Source: Camelus dromedarius
Lineage: Eukaryota
Reading direction: 5' to 3'
Length of the DNA: 64,000 bases
NCBI RefSeq assembly: GCF_036321535.1
Contig: NC_087443.1
Location: 3,038,001-3,102,000, forward strand
Shown here: in pieces, positions 47,723 to 59,459 of the stretch
How positions within the stretch are numbered: position 1 is the first letter of the stretch
Layout: the number at the start of each line of letters is the position of its first letter
Translations under genes and position numbers: made by a program
The notes under the pieces: model-generated
Seen by the model: only the letters and a program-made list of their open reading frames with translations
Told to the model about the DNA's origin: nothing
The model's database searches: none

Positions 47723-47858
47723 ATTTTATTTTTCTTTTTGGGGAGAGGCAATTAGGTTTATTTATTTATTGTTTATTTTTAATGGAGGTGCTGGGGATTG
47801 AACCCAGGACCTCGTGCATTGTAAGCATGCGCTCTACCACTGAGCTGCATCCGTCCCC
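47723..47858 (-). mobile_element. tRNA-Ala-derived SINE (Vic-1 type)
   Basis: Reverse complement of the 47212 copy. Confidence 0.9.
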
Positions 47859-48973
47859 ACCACATTGTCATTATTTTAGAAGGGCCCTTTATGCTTTAAA
47901 ACCATTAGAACCATGGTCTGCAAAATCCCCTCCATTGCTAGTACTCTGTGGTTCATTCACAATGTCAAGTGAGTGAATTTTCTGGATGTACCGTAAATAT
48001 ACTTGCTGCTGGCTTTCTCCGCGTTGCTATGCAAGGAGACTATGCAGCCTTATTTCCTCCCACAGGGCGTTGAGGGGAGACTTCCCAGGGGAGGGGGAGA
48101 CTGACTGTTGATCCCTCACCCTCCCCAGCAGAGCAGGGGACTGGTTAGTGACCGTGGGACTAACCGTGCCATCGCATAGCACCCACCCTCAGCCGTCTCT
48201 GGTTCTGGGCCTCCTCCCACCACAGCTGAGACTTGGATTGGACCAGAGCTTCATTTTATCTGCTTCTCAGATTTGGATACGGTCCTTGCATCCTTGTATG
48301 CGAGTTGGACCACGTGGACATTTTTCTTGCCCTTTATAGCCTTGTCTTGATGAAACTTTTCCCCTCTCAGGTGCCTCTTCACAATAGCTATTCGACTTCT
48401 GGTTAAAAGGAGGACTGGCCAGAGCCAGCCTCCCTGGCAGACTGTCCTGCTCGGAGATGGCTCAGAGATTTCCCACCGCGGTCCAGCCATACGGCGCATG
48501 AGGAGTGTTTTTTCCCGGGGGCTTCGCAGAGGGGAGCTGGCACAGGGCGGATCAGCTAAACAGATCCTGTGGTCGTGGCTTCTTTGGCTGCCAGGAAGAG
48601 GTGGAATTTTCTTGCTTCCAGTCCCAGCCCTGCCGATCGCCACTGCCACCTCTACTACATCGGGACAGTTCGCCACCAGCAACTACCGTGCCGGGATCCT
48701 CAGCCGGCTGTGGACACGCTGCAGAAAAACTCATGTCAGAGGCTGCATCGTCTTTCTTGGAAAATGTCCAGATTATTTTCAGGCTTGTTTAACGTGTCCT
48801 TTTTTTTTTTTTTTTTTTTCCACTGCTGCTAACATAGTCTCTCCACACATAGTTCACTAGAGCAACACAACTCACTCCATCTGCAAAGTTCGAATAACCA
48901 CCTTGGAGGGGGCCCGGTACTGCACGGACGAAGGGCCAGCAGTGTGGGTGGTGGGTCAGCTCTTCCTTCCTCT

Positions 48974-49334
48974 CTTTTTTTTCATTTTTCAGTTTTATTA
49001 GGTAGAACTGTTACAATTTGACTGCACATACGCAATATTTTGCATGTAAATACATATATACAAAATACTGCACATATTTTTAGTTTACATATATGTACCG
49101 ATCACTGTTTCTAAGAACAGTTTTTACCTTTAGCTTTTTAAACTTACATAGTTATCAAATGAATAAAGCCAATCACAAAATAAGAATTAACAGAATGCAG
49201 TAATCCAATCATAAAGGACAGTCAGATGTGCTGGCACATGTTCAAGAGATCAGTCATCTATGTTATAAACAATAGGTAGCTCATTTGTGTCCCCTTTTTT
49301 TTCAGATTCCACGTATAAGTGATATCAAATGGCA
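48974..49334 (-). mobile_element. TSD-flanked retroposed insert (L1 fragment + unique 3' sequence + poly-A)
   Basis: Exact 13-bp TSD tcttccttcctct (48961-48973 and 49335-49347), TTTTT/AAAG endonuclease site, and a minus-strand AATAAA at 48994-48999 before an A8 tail. Confidence 0.8.
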
Positions 49335-49424
49335 TCTTCCTTCCTCTTTTAAAGACACCTGATTTGCATAGTCATTTGGTCTTATAAATTCTTCTGTAGA
49401 ATGAAAACTGCATTACTGTTTTTT

Positions 49425-49640
49425 TAAATTATTGAAGTATAGTTGATTGACAATGCTATGTTAGTTTCTGGTGCACAGTGTAGTGATTCAGTTATGTGTT
49501 TATATATATATTCTTTTTTCAGATTCTTTTTCCACTATAGGTTATTACAAGATATTGAATATAGTTCCCTGTGCTGTACAGTAGGACCCAGTTGTTTATC
49601 TATTTTATATATAGTAGTGTAGAGCTGCAAATCCCAATTC
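49425..49640 (-). mobile_element. 5'-truncated L1 3' end
   Basis: Same family; degenerate TSD cattactgt/cattgctgt. Confidence 0.85.
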
Positions 49641-50766
49641 ATTGCTGTATTTTTCCTCAGGATCAAGCCATTAAGTTGTTATCTAATCTCAAAACAATGT
49701 AATTAGACAATCTCTAATATTCTATCAGTTTTGTTACCACCTGTTCAAGGCATTTACTTGATTCTCATCTCTTGGGGCCAAGAAGATGACAGACGGTCAC
49801 AAAGGCGAAGACTGAAACGCAGAAACTGGCAACGTGCTAGGAGTCGTACGAAAAATCAAAAACAGAAGGATTAGAGTGGGCAGACCCCTCGTCTCCCCTT
49901 CCCGCCTGGAAAACACTCTTTTTTCTGATTGTTTAAGCGCCCTCCAGAACAGGCACCAGGAGCTTCCTAACGACTTCCCATGAAGGGAGATTCTCTAACG
50001 AGGCTCTGCAAGCTTGTTCGGCAGCCAGTGTTCGCACAAAGGTGAAAGGCTATCGGCTCAGCCCCGCCCCTGCGCCTGGCAACGCGGCCCGCTGGCCCAC
50101 TGCCTGCGGCTGGTTTTCTGTGCCATCTCAGGGTTTATTTTCAGTTCTTCTGTAACGTATACACAGAATGATGTTTTCTTGTCAGTAAAGCGCTTTCTTT
50201 TGGCTAGGCAAGAATTAATCCATACGTCGCCGTTCTTAGAAGAATTAGGAAAAGTAAATTACACCGGGTGTGTAAACAGCCTTAAGTCAGGAGCCGCTAG
50301 GAGCCCAGCAGCACCGCCTCCTGGGAGCGTGAGCATCTGTGCCCCCAGGAGGGCTGGTCAGTGGAGGCTTCCGGTGGACAGAGCAGTGGGTACCCAGCTC
50401 CAGCCGCGTTTCAGAGTTCCTCCCCAGACGATGTGCCCCTCGAGTCCACAGGCCACGCTTCCTAAGTGGCTCTGAGCTACACCCACCCCCATGCAGGGGG
50501 GACAGGGGGCCATCACACAGACCTCACCCTGGTCCTGGGGGCAACTTCACTCTCTCCAGGTGGGCTAGCTTTCCTCCCTGAGGATGTTAACACATGGAAG
50601 GCTTGCCGTGAAAATTTAAGGGGACGCTGGATCCCAGGGTTGTGCAGATGTGGTGTCACATTTGCACAGTCCTGACATGGTAGTGCCTCCTTAGTTTCTG
50701 AACTCCAGGTGCCTCACCTGTCTCTGCTAGTCCAGGCCCTGCCCCCCAAGCTTTGAAAAGGGTGGG

Positions 50767-50906
50767 NNNNNNNNNNNNNNNNNNNNNNNNNNNNNNNNNN
50801 NNNNNNNNNNNNNNNNNNNNNNNNNNNNNNNNNNNNNNNNNNNNNNNNNNNNNNNNNNNNNNNNNNNNNNNNNNNNNNNNNNNNNNNNNNNNNNNNNNNN
50901 NNNNNN
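50767..50906. other. Assembly gap (140 N)
   Basis: Run of N. Confidence 1.
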
Positions 50907-52714
50907 TGGGCAAGAGTTCTGCACAGGCACCTCACCAAAAGAAAGACACAGGGTATCTTTTTAAATAAGCATGTGAAGAGGTGCTCCACATTGTGTGTCA
51001 TCAGGGAAATGCAAATCAAAACAAGGAGCTAATCACTACACACCGATTAAAATGGCCAAAATCCAAAACACTGAAAACACCAAATGCTGGTGAGGATGTG
51101 GAGCGACAGGAAGTCCCATTGTTAGTGGTGGGAACGCAAAATGGAGCGGACACTTTGGAAGACAGTGCGGCAGTTCCTAACCAAACTAAACATACTCTTA
51201 TCACACAACCTAGCAGTTGTGCTCCTTGGTGTTTACCCAGAGAAGCTGAAAACATGTATCCACACAACCTGCACACAGATATTTGCAGCAGCTTTACTCA
51301 TAACCTCTGAAACTTGGAAGCAACCAAGATGTCCTTCAGTAGGTGAAGGGATAAGCTGTGGTACAGCCATAAAATGGTATATTATTCAGCACTGAAAAGA
51401 AATTAGCTACTAAGCTGTGAAAAGACATGGAGGAATCTTCAGTGCACAGTAGTAAGTGAAAGCAGCCGATCTGAAAGGTCATATACTGCATGATTCCAAC
51501 TACATGGCATTCTGAAAAAGGCACAGCTAGAAATAGATTAAAAGGTAAGTGGTTGCGTTAGAATGGCCATCCTTAAAAAGTCCACAAATGATAAATGCTG
51601 GAGAGGATGTGGAGAAAAGGGAACCCTCCTACACTGCTGGGGGAATGTAGTTTGCAGCCACTATGGAGAACAGTATTGAGATTCCTCAAGAAACTAAGAG
51701 CTACCGTATTATCCATCAGTCCCACTCCAGGGCATGTATCTGGAGAAGACTATAATTTGAAAAGATGCATGCACCCCAATGTTCATAGCAGCACTATTTA
51801 CAACAGCCAAGACAGAGCAGCAACCTAATTGTCCATTGACAGATGTCTGGATAAAGAAGTTGTGATATATTTCTACAATGGAGTACTACTCAGCCATAAA
51901 AAAGAATAAAATAATGCCATTTGCAGCAACATGGATGGACCTAGAGATTGTCATTCTAGGTGAAGTAAGTCAGACAGAGGAAGAAAAATACCATATGATA
52001 TCACTCATATGTGGAATCTAAAAAAAAAAAAATAGACACAAATGAACTTATTTACAAAATAGAAACAGACTCACAGATGTAGAAAACAAACTTATGGTTA
52101 CCATGGGGGAAATGGGGTAGGAAGGGATAAAATGGGAGTTCAGGATTTGCAGATGCTAACTACTGTATATAAAATAAATAAACAACAAGTTCATACTATA
52201 TAGCACAGGGAACTATATTCAATATCTTGTAGTAGCCTATAATGAAAAAGAATATGAAAAGGAATATATGTATGTGTGTGTATGGCTGAAACATGCTGCT
52301 GTACTCCAGAAATTGACACAACACTGTAAACTGACTATACTTCAATTTATATAAAAAAAAAGATAAATGGTTGCCAGGAATTAGGCAAAGAACTGATTTT
52401 TTTTTTTAACAGGCTACTTCTTAGAGCAGTTTTAGGTTCACAGCAGAATTGAGCACAAAGTGGAGAGAGTTCTCATGTACCCCCTACCCCCACGTATTTC
52501 AGAATCCTGAAGAAATGAGACAGTTGTTACAATCGATGAATGTCCGTTAACACATCATCACCACCCAAAGTCCGCAGTTTACATCTGGGTTTATTCTTGG
52601 GGTTGTACATTCTATGGGTTCGGACAAAGCCTCAGAAGACTTTTAGGGCAGTGAAACTATTGTGTATTATGCTGCAGTGGTGGAGTCATATCATTACACA
52701 CCTGTCCAAACCCC
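50907..52714 (+). mobile_element. L1MC-type element with nested younger L1 (51557-52357) and an inverted 3' segment (52397-52628)
   Basis: ORF2 C-terminal motifs. The nested L1 is flanked by a 17-bp TSD aaaaggtaagtggttgc / aaaagataaatggttgc. Confidence 0.8.
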
Positions 52715-53399
52715 CCTTGGAAGCTCCTTTCAAGGTCAGTTCTTCCCCAGGCTCAAGAAAGTCAGCTGTGTGTTACAGATTTTTCCAAGAGCTTCAGCTC
52801 ACGGAAAGCCCTCCTCTTACCGTGTTCAGGAGCCGGTTTCTAAATAGCACCCATGGCCAAGACAAGTAACAGATTGTCAAAGGCAAGAGGAAACAGCGAT
52901 GGAGTCAAAGACAGCAGAGAAATCTTACTTGATGTGTCTTACTCTTAAAAATCTCATAGGAAGCAAATAATTTGGGAAATAATTGACACAGATACTCACG
53001 TGCATGTGCACACAATGTAAAATAAAACCCTGATTTTTTTTAACAAAAATCATCTTATTTTTTAAAAAAAGAGATTAATTCTCCAGGAATGTGAAAATTA
53101 ATGATTTGCCCTACGAACGCTTTTAGAAAATCCATTCTTCTTGAATGTCGCTGGGAGCTGACGTGTGATGACGTTTATCCTTTCCTCAATGAAGAATTTC
53201 GTGGAAAACTCAAACGTATCATCTTTTTCTGTCAGTCGCTTCCCACTTTGTAAAAATAGCTTTTCTGTTGAAAGAATGCCATGTAAAACGGGCTCCGGCA
53301 CCGTCTGAGCTACCACACTGCCTCTCAGAGGGCTTGGCCTGGGCCCCGTGACCCCTTTCCTTCTGAGTCCCTCTTTGGCACGGGGATGTCTACCCCGTG

Positions 53400-53970
53400 C
53401 CTGCCTCGCCACTGTTTTTTTGGAAGCAGGTGACTTGCCTGGTCTCAGTTTCGCAGCTGGAGAGGATGAATCATGCCTCGAGTCTTACCCACATGTGATT
53501 TAGACGGTACTTAGATGAGATTTTGGAGTTGGGATGGATGCTGGGATAGATTAAGACTTTGGGGCTGTTGGGATGGGGTGAATTTATTTTTCACGTAAGA
53601 AGGACAGGAATTTGGGGGTCCAGGGGATGGAGTGCTACAAACTGAAGTGCGTCGCCCACTGAATTCAGAATGTCACAGAATGTGACCGTATTTGGAAATA
53701 GGGCCTTTAAAGAGGTAATTACTGGACTCATGTGGGTGGGCCCTAACCCAGCAGGACTGGCGTCCTTATAAAGAGAGGAGGTGAGGACACCCACGTGCAG
53801 AGGGGACACCATTCGAGGGCAGAGCGAGGAGGCAGCGTCTGCCGGCCCAAGAGAGAACCCTGGGAAGAAACCAGCCCTGCCTGCACTTTGGTCTCGGGCT
53901 TCTGGGCTTCAGGACTGCGAGGAAGGAGACGTCTGCTGTTTACGCCCCCCTGCGGGGCTGCTTCGTCGCA
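53400..53970 (+). mobile_element. MaLR internal 3' end followed by an MLT1A/B-like LTR (from 53633)
   Basis: ttagatgagattttggag...ttaagactttgggg, then tgctac...gaatgtgaccgtatttggaaatagggcctttaaagaggtaatt. Confidence 0.7.
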
Positions 53971-54349
53971 GCCCCTCCCCTCCTCTCACGCTGCTGGCTC
54001 CGCAGCATTTGTCTGATGTGCCATAGGGATCAGCCCGCGCCCTTCAGAGACTCTTTCTGGACTAAGTGAGAGATGGACGTGGTCTCCCTGCACCGCCTGC
54101 GCGGGCGGGCGCTCCCTGTGTGAGAATCTCTGCCCTGTGGGTGACGGCCTTGGCTTCTGACCTCCTGCCGGGCTCCTGGACTCTCACGGAGACACGCGGG
54201 GGAAGGGGAGAGGGACAGCTGGGCAGGAATTTCAGCAGGAGTGTTGTCAGAAGGGATCAAAGAATGAGGAGGACACTCAAGGAAGACACAGGAACCAACC
54301 TGAAGGGGCCCCGACTGGCGACGCCTGGGGCAGCTTGTGAATGAAAACA

Positions 54350-54915
54350 GATCCTGGCGGTAAGGTGTGACAGCCTCCTGCCAGACAGCAGACCGCGGGC
54401 CCCTGCTGATGCCGGCCAGCGCGTGGAGCCGTGGGGAGCCTGAGGAACAAACCTAGTGCCCGAGTGTCTTCTCACCATTAGAAAAAGTGCAACTACAGAG
54501 TGGGAAAACCTGGCAGATGCCACGCTGGTCAAGAGACAAAAATAAACAGCAGCTGTGGGACAAGCTGGCAGTCTGGTGTCCCCGACAGGAGGCATGGGAA
54601 CCGTGGGGTAGGTGTTCCCTGACGTCCGTGCCCAGGACCAACGCCTGACTTCCCGAGGGAGCCTGAAACAAGGCCAGACTGAGGGACATTCTAAGACATG
54701 AGAACTACACGTGTTTCTAAAGAACGTTATTGGTAACTTGAATGGAGTCTGAAGATTAAACGGTAGTAACGTTCCAGGGTGAACCTCCTGACTTTGATGG
54801 TTGAATTGTGGTCCGTGTAGGAGAAGGCCCTTGTTTGTAGGAAATACACAGTATTCGGGGGCATTGGGGAATCGGGTTGGCAACTCACACACGAGTGGTT
54901 CAGGAAAAAAATTAT
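54350..54915 (+). mobile_element. L1MC/MD-type 3'UTR fragment
   Basis: gtgggaaaacctggcagatgccac...ccagactgagggacattcta...ctgactttgatggttg...aggaaatacac. Confidence 0.6.
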
Positions 54916-54989
54916 TACTTACAATCTTTCCATAAACTTGAGGTTGTCACAAAACGTACATTTGTCTGATGTTAAGACAGGTTTTTTCA

Positions 54990-55700
54990 GTGATGCCAAC
55001 AAGCCCATGAGAAGATGCTCAGCGTCATTAGCCATCAGGCAGATGCAGAGGGAAACCACAGTGCGGTCCCACTTCACGCCCCCAGGATGACTACTGCCCC
55101 CCCCCCCCGCCAAAGAAACAGAAAAGGAACAATGTTGGCGAGGATGTGGAAGAACTTGAACCCCTGAACACGGCTGGTGAAATTTCCAGATAGGCAGACC
55201 CAAAGGGACAGAGCAGATGGATGGTTGCCAGGCTTCGGGGCAGGGGCAGAGACCTGCTTAGCGGCACGCTTTCATTTCAGAGTGATTGAAGCGTGTTGGA
55301 ACAAGGTCGAGGCGGTGTTTGCACAACGTGAGTGGGTTGAATGCCACTGATTGTTCACTTTAAAGTGGTTAATTTGTTTATTGAAGATTTATTTGCAATG
55401 TGTTAGTTTCAGGTGTACAGCAAAGTGATTGGTCTAGAGATTATCATATTAAGTGAAGTTAAGTCAGACGGAAAAAGATAAATACCATATGATATCATTT
55501 TTATGTGGAATCTGGGGGAAAAAATGATACAAGTGAACTTATTTACAAAGCAGAAAGAGACTCACAGACATAGAAAACAAACTGGTTACCTAAGGGGTGG
55601 GGGGAGGGATAAATTAGGAGCTTGGGATTAACACATACATGCTACTATAGATAAAATAGATAAAATGGTTAATATGTGAATTTCATCTCAACAATCTTTT
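54990..55700 (+). mobile_element. L1MB fragments with a nested 5'-inverted young L1 (55374-55660)
   Basis: TSD taaagtggttaat (55361-55373) / taaaatggttaat (55661-55673). Confidence 0.75.
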
Positions 55701-56273
55701 TTTTAATTCAAGCATTTTGATGTAAGTGTTGTATTTTTTTAAAAAAAAAGAGGAAGTGGTAAGATAGAACGCAGTGGCCAGCAGCAGGAGTCTTTAGAAA
55801 CAGTATTGCCTATAACCGGTCCCAGAGGCTGGACCCACTGCGTCCTAACCGGACAGCTCGCTTTGTGCGTACACCGCTGTCCCCCAGCAGGGCACAGAGA
55901 GCCGTGGCACCGAAGTCCACAGCAGAGGGGATAAGCCCTCCGCAGGGGAGGCAGCGCATCTAGATGCACGGCAGCCACTGGTCTGCTTGACGCTGGAGGA
56001 TGCCCCCAGCCCTACAGGATGGTCGAATAACTGTGGATGGGGTGAAAAGGGGTCTCGCTGGGAGGGGTGCATGAACTCATTCTCTTCCATCAAGCACATG
56101 ACCCACTAAATTTGTGCTGACATCTTTGACTGCATACTGTGTGACGTACGGTGTATGCAGTTGAGATAACTTGCAGAACAAGCCGGTCTGTATCATTATC
56201 TCTGTAGACAGATGTTTCCCCGAGAGCAGGCTCCACAATTTGCCAAACGCAATGGCCAACAGCCTCATTTGCC

Positions 56274-56393
56274 GGGAGGGGTACTGTTCAGTGGTGGAGC
56301 GTGTGCTCAGCATGCACGAGTTCTTGGGTTCAATCCCCAGTCCTTCCGTTAAATAAGTAAATATATAAACCTAATTACCTTCTCCCCGCCAAA
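56274..56393 (+). mobile_element. tRNA-Ala-derived SINE (Vic-1 type)
   Basis: gggaggggtactgttcagtggtggagcgtgtgctcagcatgcacgag..gggttcaatcccc...aaacctaattacc. Confidence 0.85.
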
Positions 56394-59300
56394 GAGACTG
56401 CGCTCTCCATAGAAACTACACAGTGGTTTGGTGTCCGGGGACTCAACAGCTCGGCTGTCACTTCACTCTGCCAGGTTTCACTTGATGAAGCCTCAGGCAC
56501 AGTCCCAACAGCTTTGTGCCTCTGGCTCCACAAAGAATAATTTACTGGTTCTGTTGGCACTGGAGTCTTTTTCCTTCAAATCTGAAAAGCAAAGGAGAAC
56601 GCCACAGATGAGTGTGGGGTCCCCTTCCTCCGTCCCCTCACCCCTAGCCCACCCGCCATGCTGGTCTGAGTCCAGGCGCTACCTGGCCCGGATGCTCCCC
56701 CCAGCCCCCCATCCCTTCCAGGACCAGGACTTCTACTGCCCCTTCAAGTCATCAGTTTATGTCCCCATCCTCTAGGTGAGCCCACGCTCACTTCTAGGCT
56801 CCTTCCCTCCTCCCTTTAGAAGTTGGTGGGGGCGGGGCGCGCTCACGATGGAGAACCTGTCTGCCTCCTCGGCGTATCAGGTCAGGAACCCCATGGGCCC
56901 CACAACTGGGGCCAACCAGCCGTCAAGGTCCTGTGCCATTTGGAAAACTAGTGGCTTGAAAACAGAGAACAAGTGGGTTTTGAGAGCAGTGTTCACTAAG
57001 TGCAAAGAAACAGGTGAATAGACCCCGAAGGGCTTGCTAATAGCAGAGGGAAAAAACAGGGGAGGAGACGAGGGTAAAACTACACCGAAGCCTCACGACT
57101 CTGGGGGCGAGGGGAGCGTCCAGATGCAACAGATGACCCTGACAGGGAGAAACGCGCCCGCGGGAAAGGGCAGGTGCGCGCAGCGGGGCGGGGAAAGGTG
57201 CTGAGCGCGACCTCAACCCAGGCCTCACGTGGAGCCACAGCGTCGCCCCATTCCTGTCTGGCCTCTGTCTTTGCTCCAGGTCCCCTGGGATCCCAGGGGT
57301 TGGATGCTGTAGGGCAGGACGCTGGGGACCCGGGAGGGAGCCCATTGTCCCCAAGCCAGCCTTTCTGGAGGAGGGAGGTGGCAGGGTTGCTTGTCTCTGT
57401 GAAGAACCCCCTGCTTTAAAGCCATCAATCCAATCATCTCTTCTAAACATCTTGTGGTCGGAATGGGTTTTTCCTGCTCTGTGTAAGAGTCACGGGCGTC
57501 AGCGTGTTAACCGTAGTTCTCTCAGCGCAAATGCGTTATGATCCGTCTTCGTTTTCTTTGTTGTAACTTTCTCCAGCTTCATGTTTTTCTGCGATGGACA
57601 TACCTTTTCATAATAAGGAAAAAATCATCTGAACTGTTTCTGGCTGGCAGAGGTCTGGCTGGAGCAGGGACAGAAAGAGGGAGAGGGGAGGGCAGTGTGC
57701 AGGGTGGGGGTGGCCTGTGGCCTCCAGGTGTTCCCCTCGGCTCTTTCTGCCTTTGGTTCACTGTGTCCCCTGTGGTCGGATGGGCGAGCCGGGTGTGCAG
57801 AGACAGCCGCTGAGCGCCGGGATGGGGCACCGAGGGAGCCGGGCGGTCTGGAGGGCACCTGGCGTCTGCCGCACCTGGTGACCCCTCTCTGGTTGTGCTT
57901 CCAGGTGAGCCTCAAAGCAGGAGCCCCGAGTCAGCCTCTCATCTGACAGCTGCCACCTGCCACCCCTGGACTGCCCCCTGCCCGGACCTGTGACCACGCT
58001 GCCTCTCGCAGGTGAGAAAGTGAGGTGTGCTGTGCAAGGGCAGGTTCTCTGGAGAGCAGGTGCTCTGCCCTCAGCACGTAGGGGGGCTGGGGAGAGGCTG
58101 GGCCATCGGGGTCCCTGATGTGTGGCCAGATCCTCCCCCCAGCACTTCCTTCCAGCAGTGGTCACCATCCCCCATGTAGCCTGTCTTACAAGGCACCCCT
58201 CCTCTCATCCCCCCAGGGGAGTGGATGTGCCCTGTCTTGGAGCAGCAGTGGGTGGAGAACCAAGCCACCTCGGGAAATCAGGTTGTGTGCACCCCCCAGG
58301 AAAAGAGGCGTTCCTCAGGGAGGCACCCTGGCTCAGCAGCGGGCTGTGACAGTGTGGGGAGGGGGCCAACCAGTGCGCCCGCCCACCTGCCCCCTGCAGC
58401 CTAAGCTGCCTGGTCCCTTCAGGCCCAGTGGGCTGCCTCTTGGGCATTCCCCAGAGAGACAGGCTGCCATACACCCCCAGCCAGCCCTTACCAGGGGCTT
58501 GTGGAGACAAGTCGTGCAGGGAGGGTGGCTGAAAAGGCACAGTAACATCCACACATCCAGAAATTCTAAGCACTGTGTCCCAAGTCACGGCAGATCAGAG
58601 CACTGGAGACTGCCCTGCCCCCGACTCTGGGCTGAGCGAGATATACACCACAGTGTGCAGCCCATCAGAACCCCCAGGAAAGCCGTCCATGTGAGTGGAC
58701 CCTGTGTGCCCAGGAGAAGGACATCTGGCCACGGTGGTGACAGGGCCTGTCCCCTGAGTAGCTGGCACATTTTCCCTTCTGCCTCATCTTCTAAAAGCCA
58801 AGGGCCAAGTGAGTGGTCCACCATCTCATTCCATCCCCACTGCCTCCCACTCCCACTTCCCTCTTGGGTTGATGTGGGTGTCCACACACACACGCGCACC
58901 TGGAGAGAGACATGTATCGGTCCCCGTGGAGGTGTGGTGTCTGGATGGTCTTGAAAGGGCAGAGATGTTACTCATCTGGGATCTAAGAGGTGCCTTTAGC
59001 TCCGTTCAACAAAAGCCATTTCCTTCTCCAGTACCAGTACCTCCCTGGGTTACCTTGCCTACCGGGCGGGGTGGGGGTGGCCCCTCCCTGCCGTCTCAGG
59101 CCTAAGTTAGGCTGGGTTAGGATCACCCAAGGGGTGAGTCTGTCCTGGGAGAGGGATGGACCGAGGGTGTGGGGGATCCCTCTTCCGGCCCTGAAGGTCC
59201 CACTAGGCCAAGGAGGGTGACAGAGATCAGGGAAGTGTTTCCTTCCGCTTCCACTAACGAACTCTGCAAAATTAAGTTACTTCACCTCCATGAGAATTTT

Positions 59301-59459
59301 AAAAATGAGAAAGTTGGACCTGGACCCCTGAGCTCCTTTCTCATAGTGACTTCCGGTTATTCAGAGCCTTGCTGGTCGGCGGACCAGCAGCAACTGGGAG
59401 CTTGTTGGAAACGCAGAATCTTGTAAATAAAATTTGATATAGCTCCCAGTACAGTGGAA

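Noticed and set aside
47788-47858. tRNA-like cloverleaf with an apparent ACA anticodon (minus strand), and similar copies
   Set aside because: Followed by the SINE tail, with anticodon-arm mismatches or deletions among copies. These are SINEs, not tRNA genes.
48251-48682. 143-aa minus-strand ORF containing DKAIK, as in RPS26
   Set aside because: Only five residues match; the flanks lack the RPS26 zinc-finger and other motifs.
58118-58954. 278-aa ORF and the other 150-250-aa ORFs in GC-rich intronic or ERV sequence
   Set aside because: Overlapping ORFs on both strands, Pro/Gly/Arg-rich, with no domain signature. Expected at this GC content.
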